From a virus (taxonomy: Duplodnaviria; Caudoviricetes), in IMG/VR virus record IMGVR_UViG_3300025083_000021, positions 1 to 61,873 of that record: DNA of 61,873 nucleotides; one strand, written 5' to 3'. Both the position numbers and the translations under genes were made by a program. This document shows positions 47,045-57,470 of this stretch, one piece after another. The notes under the pieces were generated by a model, which saw only the letters and a program-made list of their open reading frames with translations, made no database searches and had not been told where the DNA came from. Each line of letters starts with the position of its first letter. Position 1 is the first letter of the stretch.

Positions 47045-50000
47045 TATCTTCTAGATAGTAATAGTTTAGTATTATGTAATCTGAGTAACATCTTTCTATC
47101 TAAAGAATTTGTTCTTCTTAATAATACATGGTTATAGTAATGTCTAAACTTCTTATGTTGCAACTGTGCTTTATTATAATTAAGATTTGTAGGATTTAAG
47201 TTTCTTATATATCCATTGCACTCTGTATCAAATATAGCTTGTTGTGCATTTGTAAATTCACCTCTATCATTTGTAATATCATAGAATTGATTGAATCTAT
47301 ATTTCTGTTCTACTTTAGAACATAGTATCTCAAAACTATTAGTGTTAATAATAGGATAGCTTAGTTCTAAAATAGGATTATTAAATGGTGTAGGAATTAA
47401 CTTTAACAAACCAGATACTTGCTCATTATTATAAATGATTGACTCGTCAAAGTTAAAGTTTAGATCTTCCCATCTATCATCACCACATGCATAATGTAAG
47501 TCTCCTTTATATACATATGTTTCTAATTGATATTCAATACTTCTAACCGTATTTACATTTTGACCTGAGTTCTCAATTAAATCAATTTCCCATGGATATG
47601 CAACATCATAGTAATTAGCAAAGCTATCACATCTTGCATTATGTCTCCATAAAGTACCAATCTCAAAACTTGGTTTTGTTGTAAATGCTTCAGAATAATA
47701 ACAAAGTTGCGGATCTAAGTTTACGTAATCAGGATCACCTACTTCATAAATATCATCACATGTTCCAGTTATATAAGTTGGAAGACTTGGATCAAGTGAT
47801 GGTGGGCATTCACATATGACCTTTCTACATATAGGATAGTAATCTAATGATAATGGTCTTTGAGGAACAGGAGAAGTAAAATAACCTGTTGTTATATCTG
47901 GATAAACTAAAGTATAACCTGGATTAAAACATTGAGCAGTCCATAGTGTACTACATAACATATCTGCTAAATAACCAACTGTACTCAATATAGTATATGC
48001 ATCAGGAATTTCAGGACTAGTATTTTTTAATGGAACTAAAAATTGTTTATCGTCAGTTGCATATGGTCCAGTTGTACAAGTTAATGCATTTATCATATCC
48101 TGGAAATTTGCAGGTACAGCTGATGAATTTTCATAAACACCTACACCATAAACTTCTTGATTAGGAATTGTATTTTGCATTTGACATGCAAGTGGTGTTG
48201 AAAGAACAGTTGCCAGTCTACTTAAATGTATTATCTTTTGTTCAAAACCTGTAGTAGCAGATCTATCTCCTAACTGACTACCAAGATTAGGTGGATTAAT
48301 AGCTTTTATATCAATTAAATCTTGAGCTCCCTGAAGTGTTGCTGGCATATTTTGGGTAGTTACCGCACCTGCTCCTTGTGCATCTAAAATAGAATGCCAA
48401 ACAGGATTACCATAAAAAGGATCACCAGGAGTTTCATTTTGTAACCAACCCATTAATATAAGTATTTTACTTACACTATCAAGTTCTCTAGACATTGAAT
48501 ACTTATTAACACCTGTTATTAATTCAAAATCAAAAAATGTTGTAGCAGCATGATCAGATGTTGTTTCTGATGTTAATAAAATTCCAACCTGAAGATGATT
48601 ATTAGACATCAACCATCTAGTTTCAGAATCTTGCAACCATTGTGATAAAATACTTAATTGAGCATATGCACTTGATGCAGTATCATTTGGATTACCTGCT
48701 GCAGTTGATGCATCTAAAGTAAATACAACATCAATCGGACAACCTGTACGTTGTAAATCAACGTCTTCTTCAAGTACTGTTACAATAGACGGAGTACTTT
48801 CACCTTCTATCTTTTCACATAACTCTGTAGATGGATTATAATTATATCCTGGAGGACATTGTGCTATATCTGTAGGTTTAGTTTTTGTTGTAAAGAAATG
48901 ATTTATACTTGGTAAAGAAAGTTCTGGACACCAATCATGGAATGATATCCAAGCTTTTGCTTTGGGATCATAACTAACTGTCCAACAACAATCATCAAAA
49001 TATGCAGGATCACCTATTTCAACAGGAAAACTATATCTACCACTATCTGAATCAATTGATATTATAAACCCTGTTTCTTCTGTATAAGATACTCTGTTTA
49101 AATACTCTTCCTTTATTTTAAAGTCTTTCTTCATAAAGTATACTATATCATCATTGATATCATATACTGATTGGCATCCTATACCTACAACAGGATTATC
49201 TGCTAGTTTAGAAAACTCTAACTCTGGAAATTGTTTTATTAAATTAGATGGTAAATATTTATTAAACCACCATTTCATACCTTGATTAGAAATTGGATCT
49301 AACCCCTTACCTGAATACTGAAATATTTTACCTTGTGCTTGAGATATATAAAATAATCCTGAAGGAGTACTAATAACACTTCTCATGCTTTCGTTAGATC
49401 CATACTCATTTGCTATTTCAGAGTTTGCAACATTTTGCATTGCTCCTTTAAATAAACCTCCATCTCCAATAGTAACTTTATTACCTAGCCCAGTTTGCAA
49501 TTGATCAACACCAGGAAGTATTCTTGGTGATTGATATGGAAAAAACATAATAGCACCAGTTCTATTCATTGGTTTTATTACACTTATCTTATCTTTAAAA
49601 TCTACATAATTTAAAGGTAAGAATACTCTCCAGTAATCTTTTCTAGCCTCTTGCATAGATCTTAAAGAATATATCAATCTCTTAGGACGATATACATAAC
49701 ATTCTTCAGCTGTATAAGGATCATAGTATAAAGGTTGTATTTCACCAAAGCCTGATAATTGTGTTGGAAATTTTGTTGCACTTAATGATTCATCATACTT
49801 ATAAAAATTATCTATCTTTTGTATCTCTGCATGGAATAAAGCAGTAAGATCATTATAAGTATATGTATCATATATTCTTGCAGCTGGTCTATCTTCCCAA
49901 TCTCTATAAGCTAAATTATATTCTGATTCAACAAAGAAATCTAATACACCATTTACGTGAGTATACATATATGCATAAACCATTGCAAATGCAGGATTAG

Positions 50001-53000
50001 GATCGCCACCTCTATTAAAAATATCAAGCGGATTATTTACACATGTATTTGATCCTCTATCTAAATAAAATTTATCATTTGGTAAATTAAGAATTGATCC
50101 TCCAAAAAATAAATTACCAACATCTATTAATTTACTAATATCATATTTTGTAGAATCTAACCAAAATCTTGGATAAGGGATATTAACATGCTTTGAATAA
50201 TCATATGAAAACTCATCAGGTTGACCTAATAAATACTGAGCAAAAATTGGCATTATTACTTTTTCAGTATATCTACCTATATAAATATCACCACTAAACA
50301 TAAACTCACTAGTAAGTTTAAGTTCTTCTGGTTTTGTAAAATCAATATATTGTATACAATCTCTCATTGGTATTTGTTTAATACCACTAAGCTGTCCATA
50401 CTGATTATCTATATTAAACTTTAATGCACCATAATGTGCAGAAATAGGTCTCTTTTGTTGAGTGTTTATAAATTCTCTATAAGTAGGATCATAACCAACA
50501 ACTTGACCATTTTTGTCAACAGAACCACTAATTTGAAATCTTGATGTGTCTTCTATACTAGGATCATCTATTTCTCTATCTAAAGAAACAGCTACAGTAG
50601 TTGGTCTAAATAAGTTATTTATTTTATACTTACCTTCATCAAATAATTGAAATGATTGACCTATATAGTTTGAATCATTATTTTTAGATCTAAATGTATT
50701 TGAATAATCTATAGGTTTAAATTCAGTAAAAAACCCGTGTGAATTATATTTTAATGCAAAATCTCTTAATGATAATTGATTATATATAAATTCTATTAAT
50801 TCATCTGCACCTATTGATATATATGTAGATGACATTGCTAAACCAACAACACCTTTAAGCACAGGATCTAAATTTGAAAAATCACTATCTTTTGTTGTAC
50901 TTACTCTATAAAGAGTTGGTTGTACACCCGCACCAGCAACAGAAACACTTGCAGCAAGTTGAGTACCAAACCAAGTAGTATTGGCTGCACTAGTTCCAGC
51001 ACCTCCTGAAAATAAATCAGCTAGATTTGTAATTGCACTTCCAGTTCCATCAGTTTGTAGTATATATACTGCTGTACCTGGTTCTGCAGCTGCGTTAACA
51101 ACACCAGCAGCACCAGCAACAAAATCACCACCGCCAGCTTTTGATGCACTTTGCTGTTCTATTTTACGTGTACCATTTATTTTCTTTAATGCATATCCAA
51201 AACCAGCAATAAGACCAACAACTACTGCTACATTTCTAAGTAACTTAAATTGCGGATGGTTTTCTGATGCTTTAAAACTACCAGATGAATTACCATGCAT
51301 CTCACCATATATCTTTGTTTCATAAGCATTTAAAAATGGTTTAAAGAACATGAGGTCAGGAGAAGCAAAAGTAAATACATCATTAGTGTACCCTGATAAA
51401 GGAGGATACTCTTGTATACTTTCAGCATAATTATGACAATCTTCAGTTACAACATCATCATCATTACCTCTATCAAAAAAGTATGGATCAGGTCTTAAAT
51501 CATTATAAGGATAGTTAGGATATAATCCTTGTACATTTCCACCAATTAAATTATCTGCATTAGGTATTCTATACTTACGCATATTTCTAAACAACCCTTT
51601 TGCAAGAATTGACTTAGCACCTAGTCTAGAACCTCTAAGTATTTCATAACCTACTACATTTGGTATATATGTACCATCATTATACTTTGGTCTACCTATA
51701 TTAGTAAACTCTACCCCAAGTATATTTATAAAGTCACCATTATCTGAAGTTATATATAAAGGAGAGTTTGGACCAGTACCTTTTTCTTCACTTGGAAACT
51801 TATGATGTCTAATTGGTTTACCACATAAATCAAAATCTGGATTTGTAGTTTCACCAATATTTATACCTGTAGCTGGGTCAACATATGTTGAATCCCAAAC
51901 TTCTGGTTTATCAGCAGAATATCTTTCGGTAGATTCCCAATATGCCATTTCACCTCTAGCTGTAATGGTTGATCCATCTAATTGAGGAATATTTAATGAT
52001 TGAGTTATTGTTCCTGTATTATATATTTTATAAACCTCTTCTCCGCTTGTATTAATAAGATTATCTCCTACTACATCTGGTCCTAATATAACATCTGTTT
52101 CTTTCTTTACATCTCCATTAGGTAATGTAAAATCTTTTGCAGGTCTACCAGGTATATGATATGAGCTTGATCTTTCTCCTGTATTATAAATCCAACGGAT
52201 AAAGAATGCATACTGCTCATCACGCATAAAACCTAACTTATTACCAGCTAAATTATAATACTTAGCAGGTAACCTGTTTGTTACCCAATTTACTTTTATC
52301 TGATTTGCTATAGGTTGATAATTAAAATCAAATTGTTCTGTTGGCCCTTGTCTTATTAAATAATCATTAACAACATACATTGCTTCTGATTTCTCATATG
52401 CTGGACTTCTTTGAGGTAATAATGTTTGATCTATTGATTCAAGTTGATCACTAATAAAATCAATATTTATTTCTTTTGTTTGAGTGCTGTAAAGACCTAT
52501 CTTTTTTGTAAACGCTTGTCCTTGATTTCTTTGATATATAACTAATTCAAAAAATTCATAATCAGTATCTAAGTTACTTATCTTAATATTCAATGAAGAA
52601 CTAGAACCTTCGTGGCTCCAAACTGATTGTAAATTAGATATACCAATATAATCTGTTACTCTTGCTTCATTTTCAACATAAGCAATAAAAGCTTGATAGG
52701 TTCCGTTTCTTATTAAACCTCCATCTTCAGCTTTAGATAATGAAACACAAGGTGTGTTTAGTAATGGAGCCAATCTAATTTCCTCACAATCTAATCTATC
52801 TGTATCAGTACATGTTACACAATCATCTATTGTTTCACAATCTTGAATCCAAGGTACATTATCAATGTTTAATGTACGTGATGGATTATTAGAATCATCC
52901 CAATATACTTGCCATGTACAATCAAAGTTTTCTTTAGCTGCACCTGATATAAGAAACTTTTTATTAAAATTAAGACATGGATCATTTACAAGCGTTGTAT

Positions 53001-53304
53001 ACTTACATTCACTATCATCAAATATACCTATCTCAGAATTAATATTATCTGTAGAATATATAACCCATTTATCACTATATAACTTTATAGCTCCAATTAT
53101 TGTATATGGTATTTCTCCACATGAAAAGTTTGAAGGTTCATTTCCTATAACACCTAGATCTCCATCAGTAGAATTATTAGCTGCATTACGTGCATGCCAC
53201 CAACTCTGATTAGGCTCCATAGATTGAGTAATATCCTTATTCATACCTTTTATAAAGGTATTAGTATTCACACTAGATGATGATGCTGATGTTTTCTTAG
53301 CCAT
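47044..53304 (-). CDS. Tail stabilisation/nozzle (muzzle-like) protein with an inserted VWA-like domain
   Basis: 2086 aa. N-terminal NTFIKGMNKD...HARNA...GNEPSN, GFMRDEQY, KPIRHHKFP and WISFHDW; position downstream of the ring proteins. Confidence 0.7.
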   Translation of the reverse strand: MAKKTSASSSSVNTNTFIKGMNKDITQSMEPNQSWWHARNAANNSTDGDLGVIGNEPSNFSCGEIPYTIIGAIKLYSDKWVIYSTDNINSEIGIFDDSECKYTTLVNDPCLNFNKKFLISGAAKENFDCTWQVYWDDSNNPSRTLNIDNVPWIQDCETIDDCVTCTDTDRLDCEEIRLAPLLNTPCVSLSKAEDGGLIRNGTYQAFIAYVENEARVTDYIGISNLQSVWSHEGSSSSLNIKISNLDTDYEFFELVIYQRNQGQAFTKKIGLYSTQTKEINIDFISDQLESIDQTLLPQRSPAYEKSEAMYVVNDYLIRQGPTEQFDFNYQPIANQIKVNWVTNRLPAKYYNLAGNKLGFMRDEQYAFFIRWIYNTGERSSSYHIPGRPAKDFTLPNGDVKKETDVILGPDVVGDNLINTSGEEVYKIYNTGTITQSLNIPQLDGSTITARGEMAYWESTERYSADKPEVWDSTYVDPATGINIGETTNPDFDLCGKPIRHHKFPSEEKGTGPNSPLYITSDNGDFINILGVEFTNIGRPKYNDGTYIPNVVGYEILRGSRLGAKSILAKGLFRNMRKYRIPNADNLIGGNVQGLYPNYPYNDLRPDPYFFDRGNDDDVVTEDCHNYAESIQEYPPLSGYTNDVFTFASPDLMFFKPFLNAYETKIYGEMHGNSSGSFKASENHPQFKLLRNVAVVVGLIAGFGYALKKINGTRKIEQQSASKAGGGDFVAGAAGVVNAAAEPGTAVYILQTDGTGSAITNLADLFSGGAGTSAANTTWFGTQLAASVSVAGAGVQPTLYRVSTTKDSDFSNLDPVLKGVVGLAMSSTYISIGADELIEFIYNQLSLRDFALKYNSHGFFTEFKPIDYSNTFRSKNNDSNYIGQSFQLFDEGKYKINNLFRPTTVAVSLDREIDDPSIEDTSRFQISGSVDKNGQVVGYDPTYREFINTQQKRPISAHYGALKFNIDNQYGQLSGIKQIPMRDCIQYIDFTKPEELKLTSEFMFSGDIYIGRYTEKVIMPIFAQYLLGQPDEFSYDYSKHVNIPYPRFWLDSTKYDISKLIDVGNLFFGGSILNLPNDKFYLDRGSNTCVNNPLDIFNRGGDPNPAFAMVYAYMYTHVNGVLDFFVESEYNLAYRDWEDRPAARIYDTYTYNDLTALFHAEIQKIDNFYKYDESLSATKFPTQLSGFGEIQPLYYDPYTAEECYVYRPKRLIYSLRSMQEARKDYWRVFLPLNYVDFKDKISVIKPMNRTGAIMFFPYQSPRILPGVDQLQTGLGNKVTIGDGGLFKGAMQNVANSEIANEYGSNESMRSVISTPSGLFYISQAQGKIFQYSGKGLDPISNQGMKWWFNKYLPSNLIKQFPELEFSKLADNPVVGIGCQSVYDINDDIVYFMKKDFKIKEEYLNRVSYTEETGFIISIDSDSGRYSFPVEIGDPAYFDDCCWTVSYDPKAKAWISFHDWCPELSLPSINHFFTTKTKPTDIAQCPPGYNYNPSTELCEKIEGESTPSIVTVLEEDVDLQRTGCPIDVVFTLDASTAAGNPNDTASSAYAQLSILSQWLQDSETRWLMSNNHLQVGILLTSETTSDHAATTFFDFELITGVNKYSMSRELDSVSKILILMGWLQNETPGDPFYGNPVWHSILDAQGAGAVTTQNMPATLQGAQDLIDIKAINPPNLGSQLGDRSATTGFEQKIIHLSRLATVLSTPLACQMQNTIPNQEVYGVGVYENSSAVPANFQDMINALTCTTGPYATDDKQFLVPLKNTSPEIPDAYTILSTVGYLADMLCSTLWTAQCFNPGYTLVYPDITTGYFTSPVPQRPLSLDYYPICRKVICECPPSLDPSLPTYITGTCDDIYEVGDPDYVNLDPQLCYYSEAFTTKPSFEIGTLWRHNARCDSFANYYDVAYPWEIDLIENSGQNVNTVRSIEYQLETYVYKGDLHYACGDDRWEDLNFNFDESIIYNNEQVSGLLKLIPTPFNNPILELSYPIINTNSFEILCSKVEQKYRFNQFYDITNDRGEFTNAQQAIFDTECNGYIRNLNPTNLNYNKAQLQHKKFRHYYNHVLLRRTNSLDRKMLLRLHNTKLLLSRR

Positions 53305-53318
53305 GCTAATTTAATTCT

Positions 53319-54245
53319 TTATGAGTAAGTGTTATTAGTTTTAGTTCCTGTAACTCTTGGATTATGTGGAGCATAACTCAAAAACATATTATAATAATTA
53401 TGATATTGAGCTCTTCTATTCACGTTATGCATCTTTCTCATCTCTGCAAAGTTTGGTGTATTAACAAAACTTAAAGCATTGTTTCTTGCAGCTCTTAATC
53501 TTTGTTCTATCAAACCTAATTGCTGACTTACGTTCTCACCTTGAAAAATCATATTCTCAAGTATTCTTTGTTTCATTGCATATTCATAATACTCATTGCA
53601 ATATGGATGATCTAATACTATTAATTCACCATTTGCATTTTCCATAGCACCTTGATAACTTAAATATACTTTACCTGTTTTAAATGATGTAATTAAAAAT
53701 CCATCTTTTATTTCTGCTATATCTGATGCTTGAGCTCCTAACTCTGGACAATAACAAACTTTATCATTAACATCTTGTATTCTTAATTGAGTCCATGTAG
53801 TAAAAGTTCTATACTGTTCTGGTCCAATTCTTTGTATTAATTGATACTCATTGCTATCATCACAAGTTTTAATAACACAAACATCTTTACATGTAGCAGA
53901 TGTACCACATTCAGTTACTTCACCTGGAGCAGGAACATATGGTACTTCATTAAAAGTTTCTACATGTGTACCTGATGGCATTGTATTATTTACTTTATAT
54001 TCACCACATAAAAATCCATAATTTATATATGCAAAATCATCTGGTAATTGTCCTTTACCATGTTCTACATCTATAATAACTTCTTTAGTTCTATGTATTT
54101 TTAAACCTAAATCATAATTAACCCTTGTTGCAACTTTAATAAGTTGAGCAGGTTCAATCATTCCTTCTAAAGCATAATTAGAAAAGTCTATGGAAACGTC
54201 TTCCATTAACTGTCCAAAAGTTCTATATTTATTTGATACTCCCAT
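53319..54245 (-). CDS. Tail ring/adaptor protein
   Basis: 308 aa with GKVYLSY...LDHPYCNEYYEYA; crAss-like synteny. Confidence 0.55.
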   Translation of the reverse strand: MGVSNKYRTFGQLMEDVSIDFSNYALEGMIEPAQLIKVATRVNYDLGLKIHRTKEVIIDVEHGKGQLPDDFAYINYGFLCGEYKVNNTMPSGTHVETFNEVPYVPAPGEVTECGTSATCKDVCVIKTCDDSNEYQLIQRIGPEQYRTFTTWTQLRIQDVNDKVCYCPELGAQASDIAEIKDGFLITSFKTGKVYLSYQGAMENANGELIVLDHPYCNEYYEYAMKQRILENMIFQGENVSQQLGLIEQRLRAARNNALSFVNTPNFAEMRKMHNVNRRAQYHNYYNMFLSYAPHNPRVTGTKTNNTYS

Positions 54246-54916
54246 TACCTATGTATATTTTGTTTGTTGTCAGAATCATCAGATGGTATCTGAGCTGTGC
54301 CTATCATTGTTTGTATAACTTGTGCTTCTATTTCAGCAAATAGTGCCTCTGGAATATATATTGGTTGTTCGTATCTTGGTGTACAATCATCTTCTGTATC
54401 ACAATTCCATCTTGTAATATCAGAATTAAATACACCTTCTATCTTTAATGCATCCCATTCTATATTTGGAGAATATATGTAACCATCTAACCACCAAAAA
54501 TATTTTGCATTATTGTACTTAAAAGACGTTGTTTTTGTCATTGAGGTATATGTACCCGGTTGAGTTGCATTAAGCTCTTGAGAGCCATCTATAGAGCTTA
54601 CAGTTCTAATAAGAGGACCCCAATATCCTTCTATCATAGACGGAAGTCTTACTTTAGAACGTTTAAATGTACAACCACTTTGAATACCAGAACATTGAGC
54701 TTCAACCTTATCAACATCAATTAATTCTACATATGGTAATGTTTTCCAAACAGAATTAAATTTCATTAATTTGTTTGCATAATCTTGTCTTCTCATTAAA
54801 ATCTGAGCATACTTTTCAATTAAACTGTATACATATCTATCAGTTACAAATGAATCTTGCACCTCAGCTTTAACTTGACCTCTTATTCTTGATACGACTT
54901 CTGCTATAGTTGACAT
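54245..54916 (-). CDS. Tail ring/structural protein
   Basis: 223 aa; TAATG overlap with the next gene; crAss-like synteny. Confidence 0.55.
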   Translation of the reverse strand: MSTIAEVVSRIRGQVKAEVQDSFVTDRYVYSLIEKYAQILMRRQDYANKLMKFNSVWKTLPYVELIDVDKVEAQCSGIQSGCTFKRSKVRLPSMIEGYWGPLIRTVSSIDGSQELNATQPGTYTSMTKTTSFKYNNAKYFWWLDGYIYSPNIEWDALKIEGVFNSDITRWNCDTEDDCTPRYEQPIYIPEALFAEIEAQVIQTMIGTAQIPSDDSDNKQNIHR

Positions 54917-54921
54917 TATAT

Positions 54922-55488
54922 TTAATTTTCAAATTCATTATAAGACTCTAATTCTTTTTGAGTCTTTTCATTAATCTCAGTATAAAGTTTAGCAACCCTG
55001 AATGTGTTCTTTACATGAACATATTTAGTCCAATTAATTGGATATGTTTTAGCAACAGTTCTTTTAAATGTTCTACATGCTTCAAACTTCCAAAGATCTC
55101 TATTCTTATACCTATACTTTGCAGACCAATTAGTGTAAAATATTTTACCTATATTACCATCTGTATCCCAGTTCTTATTCTGTAAAACTTTTCCGTATTT
55201 ATTGGATAATGCATAATTGGTATTTCCGTTTTTAGAACCAGGACACGTTCCTATAAAAAAATATCCTAAAGAGTCAGGTAATTCTACCCCATCTCTATTT
55301 TCTATAACAGCATTCCATAAATTAACATTATACAATTTAATTATACTTTTAAGTTTCTTATTATCAATATTAGAATATGAAGGAAATTTTTCTTTAAATT
55401 CTGATATTGTTTCTTTATTTAGTAAACCAAATTTTCTCTCTCTATATCTTGGAGCATTTAAATCAGGTTTGTTAAATACATTACTCAT
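54922..55488 (-). CDS. HU/IHF-like DNA-binding protein
   Basis: Basic 188-aa protein; IIKLYNVNLWNAVIENRDGVELPDSLGYFFI resembles the HU helix and beta-arm start. Confidence 0.55.
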   Translation of the reverse strand: MSNVFNKPDLNAPRYRERKFGLLNKETISEFKEKFPSYSNIDNKKLKSIIKLYNVNLWNAVIENRDGVELPDSLGYFFIGTCPGSKNGNTNYALSNKYGKVLQNKNWDTDGNIGKIFYTNWSAKYRYKNRDLWKFEACRTFKRTVAKTYPINWTKYVHVKNTFRVAKLYTEINEKTQKELESYNEFEN

Positions 55489-55545
55489 ATGGTCTCATTT
55501 ATAATTTACAAAAAAAACATCACTTAATGAAATTAAAATGAGGCA

Positions 55546-56757
55546 TTATATTGCCTGATAGGTTAATTCACATATATTACCTAATAATGCATCTTGAAGT
55601 TCTAACTTACCCGATCTTCTGTTACCTACATATTTATTACTATAATGGTAATAATCTGTTTTACCTAAACTTGGTAAAGTCTTATGAACAAAACCTGTTG
55701 TCTCAGCAGTAGTCATATATTCAACTTTTCTTTCTGTATGAAAATGTCCTGTAAATAAAGTTCTATTAATAGTTGCACCCCATTGTTTAGGATATTCTGT
55801 TGCATATACCAATGGTGTATTTTTACTTGGTTTATCTCCATGTTCAAATGCATTAAAATTATTACCCCATACATGAACTTTTCTTTCTTCATATTTAATA
55901 TCCCAAGTAATTTCATCACACTCTATAGACTTTGATAATGCATGAGCTAAATGAAAAGAAGATAATCTATCATGATTACCAGGTATATATACTACAACTA
56001 ATTCTTTACAAAAACTTTTAATATAATTAATACCCCAATGTAATGCATCAAATGCTTGAACATATGCTTCGGTTGATGTCATACAATTATCTAAAGGAGT
56101 ACCGCTTGTTGTTGTACCATTAAATGTATCCATATTAATTAAATCTCCACCAACAACAAAATACATCTTTTCTATATAATGAGACGGTACAGCTCTATTT
56201 AATAAATTAATTAAAGTATCTTCAAAATCTTTATCTATAGTTTCATTACCTTCTTTACCAAAATGTATATCTTGTAAAGACATAATACCACACACTGTGT
56301 GTGCATTTTTTCCTTTGTCTAATTTAACTTTTGGTATCTTATGAGTTTTTGGTTTCCAGTTTTCTAATAATTTTTCAAAATTGCTTTCTGTAGCATCTTT
56401 TACTTTTGAAACCAATGCTGAAACTCTCCAATGATCTCCCATTTGTTTATTCCAATATTGGGAAAGCTTCCACTCTTTTGTATCAATACTTAAAAGTTTT
56501 ATAATTTCTTCTGCTGACTTTGGTTCTGTAGATAATGTAGCAGCTATAGTTTTTTCACCTTTCTCTAAATTTACTGCTTCAGTAATACCTGAGTCAGCAT
56601 CCATTTTTCCAAAAAACTTTCTTTTTTGTTTTTTGTTTTTTCTAATTTCATTTCTCAACTTAACATACTCTGATTCAGATATACCAAGTTTATCTGCACA
56701 ATATGCAACAGACTTTTTCCACTTAAATGTTTTGATAATTTCTTCCTTAATATTCAT
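55546..56757 (-). CDS. Calcineurin-like metallophosphoesterase with a putative N-terminal HTH
   Basis: DIHFG, GGDLIN, PGNHD, EHGD and TGHFH; N-terminal SVAYCADKLGIS. Confidence 0.85.
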   Translation of the reverse strand: MNIKEEIIKTFKWKKSVAYCADKLGISESEYVKLRNEIRKNKKQKRKFFGKMDADSGITEAVNLEKGEKTIAATLSTEPKSAEEIIKLLSIDTKEWKLSQYWNKQMGDHWRVSALVSKVKDATESNFEKLLENWKPKTHKIPKVKLDKGKNAHTVCGIMSLQDIHFGKEGNETIDKDFEDTLINLLNRAVPSHYIEKMYFVVGGDLINMDTFNGTTTSGTPLDNCMTSTEAYVQAFDALHWGINYIKSFCKELVVVYIPGNHDRLSSFHLAHALSKSIECDEITWDIKYEERKVHVWGNNFNAFEHGDKPSKNTPLVYATEYPKQWGATINRTLFTGHFHTERKVEYMTTAETTGFVHKTLPSLGKTDYYHYSNKYVGNRRSGKLELQDALLGNICELTYQAI

Positions 56758-56806
56758 AAAATTTTATATAAAAGTTTTGTAAAAATATATTTATTTTTTT
56801 AATAAG

Positions 56807-56837
56807 AAAAAAAAAGACTGAGTTTCCCCAGTCTTTT
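56807..56837 (-). terminator. Intrinsic terminator
   Basis: On the - strand: AAAAGACTG-gggaaact-CAGTC followed by T9. Confidence 0.75.
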
Positions 56838-56882
56838 CCAACGTTTGTGATAGAAAACCAACAAACCACCACTTGTTGTTTC

Positions 56883-57443
56883 TTATGCTGCTAATGTTGT
56901 AAATAAAATTTCTATAGATTTACAAGAAGCAGAATTATTATTATCTACAACTTTAACTTTGTAAGCTGTGCTAGCTGTTAAATTGGTTATTGTAAAGTTA
57001 TTAGTTGTAGTTACAATTGGAGTTGCATTTGCTAATATCCATCCTGATGGTGCAACTTCAGTATCATAATATATATTTATACCTGTACTAGAACTCCATA
57101 TACCATCCCAAATTATATTTGCTGTACTAGATGTAATAACACCAGCGTATACATTATATGGATCATGTTGTAAATCCTCAGAAGTACATGCACCTAATCC
57201 ATTTGATAATATCATTGCAAATTTTTGTATTATAGAATCAAGTCTTTCTCCTGTATTTATTTTTAATAATGCGGCAGCATCACCAATCTGAAAAGATGTA
57301 CCACAATAACTTACACACTCTGCGCATTGTACATCAGCACATCTTTCACTACCTACACTACAATCAGTATATGTACATGGTGTTGATAAAGCTGTATCTC
57401 CACAACCACATTTATTACTACATTTAGAACAATTACAAGCCAT
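56883..57443 (-). CDS. Cys-rich N-terminal domain plus FN3-like structural protein
   Basis: CNCSKCSNKCGC...CAECVSYCG; C-terminal FTITNLTASTAYKVKV. Confidence 0.7.
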   Translation of the reverse strand: MACNCSKCSNKCGCGDTALSTPCTYTDCSVGSERCADVQCAECVSYCGTSFQIGDAAALLKINTGERLDSIIQKFAMILSNGLGACTSEDLQHDPYNVYAGVITSSTANIIWDGIWSSSTGINIYYDTEVAPSGWILANATPIVTTTNNFTITNLTASTAYKVKVVDNNNSASCKSIEILFTTLAA

Positions 57444-57470
57444 TTTTTTTTATTTTTAATTTTATTTATT

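Noticed and set aside
23037-55919. Short + strand ORFs inside virion genes (e.g. 29883..30419, 30573..30932, 50981..51325, 52865..53209) and the nested 55713..55919
   Set aside because: Antisense or alternate-frame shadows of long genes; Ser/Leu/Phe-rich and lacking leaders.
57444-57470. Poly-T/A runs as programmed frameshift or phase-variation sites
   Set aside because: They are intergenic A-rich translation leaders typical of Shine-Dalgarno-less Bacteroidota genes and do not break reading frames.
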